A stretch of DNA of 64,000 bases, taken from the NCBI GenBank assembly GCA_001643675.2, contig LSRY02000004.1:1240001-1304000 (forward strand), written 5' to 3'. This DNA comes from Monocercomonoides exilis PA203. Its lineage: Eukaryota; Protista; Preaxostyla. The notes below the pieces were generated by a model. It was not told the origin of the DNA. It did no database searches and saw only the letters and a list, made by a program, of their open reading frames with translations. A program made the translations under genes and the position numbers. Of this stretch, positions 62,350 to 64,000 are shown piece by piece. How positions within the stretch are numbered: the stretch's first letter is position 1; every line of letters starts with the position of its first letter.

Positions 62350-64000
62350 TCAGAAAATACTTGTAAAAGGCATATCCAGCGGATCGGCAGAAAACGATGA
62401 AGGATAGGCACTACCTGAAAAAGGTAATGACATATCTGCAGAGAACGAAGAAGGCGATAGAGTGAAACTAGATGATAAATCTGTTGAAGGTGTAGAATCA
62501 GCTCCAGAAATATGATCTGAACCCGATCCAGTGTTAGATAAATCGATCAGAGAGGAAGGTTGATTACTATAAATAGCATCTACAGGCATACGGTAATCCA
62601 CTCTGCTTGATGAAGGAGAAGAAAAATCTGTTCCCGAAGAACCTGATGCTCCAACGGAAGCAGAAAACGGTGTGAATGGAGGATAATGATCAACATGATC
62701 CGATAGTAGCGTAGACGCTTCACTAAATCCAAGTTCTCCCATCTCATCTCCGAATCCTTCGAACGAATCATTTGTTCCAGATGATCTATCAGTTCCAGAG
62801 CCTTCGAAAAACGACAATTGCCCGTACAAACCTCCGCCTTCTGGTGAGCCAGCACCAATTGGCGATCCACTCCATCCTAATCCTGTTCCCTGCCCCATTC
62901 CACCACTTTCAGTCGTATTAATGCCAATAACTCCAAACGGAGATTGCGAAGTATCGGAGTAAGTGAACAAAACACCCCCTCCAATATTTTGTGAAGGAGA
63001 AGACTGAAGATGCGCAAAAGGTCTGTCCAGAAGAGGAGGTGTCCCACTTTGCAGTCCAAACAGATGTGATTTTAGCCCAATTTCATAAGGAGGCGAACTT
63101 GATGGTGACGAAAAATCTGAATTTGAAGCAGTAATGGAGCTGTTCGATGAAACAAACGGGGAATGCTTAACCTTCTGCTTCTGTTGAGTCGAATTTCGAC
63201 TCAATGACGATAATTGAGGATAAGGGTAGGTCGGGAAATCCTGAAGACTTCCATATATCCTACGTGGCTTGCTGGCTTGTACATTTTCTGTTTGCCCTGG
63301 AGCAAAGAAATGCCCAAATTGCAAAGAACTTGAAGAAGCATTTCTGTCAGACTGATTTGAAAATAATGATAAAACAGTACTTGCAGAAGAAGATTGTCCA
63401 TTCTTTTCACCTTCAGATTTTGGCTGATCTGAATTAGCAGAAGAGGATGCTGCAAATGATGGAAGCTTCAGAGGAAGGCTCAATTCCGACCGACGCGGAG
63501 GTCGGAATGTTATGGCCACTTCAGAAGTATCTGAATCACTGCTCTTCCGTTGCAGCAGTCCATCAGTTTCTGTTCCTTCAGTATCGCTACGGACAAGCTC
63601 CTTTCCAACTATTCTCTTCTTCCTCAACTTTCCAGATCTTGATGCTTCACTTTCGCTGTCTCCAGAAACAAAAATATCCTTCTTTGATGTACCATCTTTT
63701 CCAAGTTCGTTTCTACTTTTATTTCCTTCTTTATCATCTTCTGATTCCTCATCTATCTTTCTCCTTTTTCTGGTGCCGATAGAATCTGCTATTTGTTCCC
63801 TCTTTAACTTACCTCTCCTTTTCCCCTTTGCTCTTTTTTGTTCTTCCTCTTTTCCACTCAAATTTTCAACGGATTTCCCTTCTGAGAATTCTTCTTCCCA
63901 ACTTACCATTTCACTTTCTTTTTCTTCCGTTGATGAGCCTTCACTGTCCTCTTCAATTTTCTTTTTCTCCTTTCCACTTTGTTTAATTTTCTTATGGCCT
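62350..64000 (-). CDS. Partial Ser/Gly-rich, basic low-complexity protein (5' end beyond window)
   Basis: 519 aa ORF that appears to stay open towards the window edge; NLS-like RKRRK; no domain recognised; the 3' end may be spliced. Confidence 0.65.
   Translation of the reverse strand, partial: GHKKIKQSGKEKKKIEEDSEGSSTEEKESEMVSWEEEFSEGKSVENLSGKEEEQKRAKGKRRGKLKREQIADSIGTRKRRKIDEESEDDKEGNKSRNELGKDGTSKKDIFVSGDSESEASRSGKLRKKRIVGKELVRSDTEGTETDGLLQRKSSDSDTSEVAITFRPPRRSELSLPLKLPSFAASSSANSDQPKSEGEKNGQSSSASTVLSLFSNQSDRNASSSSLQFGHFFAPGQTENVQASKPRRIYGSLQDFPTYPYPQLSSLSRNSTQQKQKVKHSPFVSSNSSITASNSDFSSPSSSPPYEIGLKSHLFGLQSGTPPLLDRPFAHLQSSPSQNIGGGVLFTYSDTSQSPFGVIGINTTESGGMGQGTGLGWSGSPIGAGSPEGGGLYGQLSFFEGSGTDRSSGTNDSFEGFGDEMGELGFSEASTLLSDHVDHYPPFTPFSASVGASGSSGTDFSSPSSSRVDYRMPVDAIYSNQPSSLIDLSNTGSGSDHISGADSTPSTDLSSSFTLSPSSFSADMSLPFSGSAYPSSFSADPLDMPFTSIF

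Overview
Eukaryotic, AT-rich protist DNA using the standard genetic code, with short GT-AG introns and extreme poly-Ser/Glu low-complexity genes. It looks like an oxymonad such as Monocercomonoides, but that is an inference from gene families and composition. The first 9.2 kb is a near-perfect ~2.44 kb inverted repeat (137-2572 / 6743-9178). Its 4.17 kb spacer is filled exactly by a DIRS-type tyrosine-recombinase retrotransposon core (gag, RT-RNaseH-methyltransferase, YR). The arms run out into the 3' ends of two convergent giant beta-helix receptor-pseudokinase genes. The left gene is a chimera: bases 1-156 are identical to a third paralog at 60.8 kb, and from 137 on it matches the inverted neighbour. 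The three paralogs show a constant/variable patchwork. The window also holds a dead Merlin (IS1595-like) transposase split by two precisely delimited MITEs, a nest of foldback MITEs at 40.7-42.7 kb, and host genes: CAP/SCP protein, PTB/hnRNP-L-like, HYLS1-like, Derlin, SH3-PH adaptor, B-box/DUF2009 protein, two ~2000 aa Ser-rich proteins and an intronless 4098 aa receptor pseudokinase.
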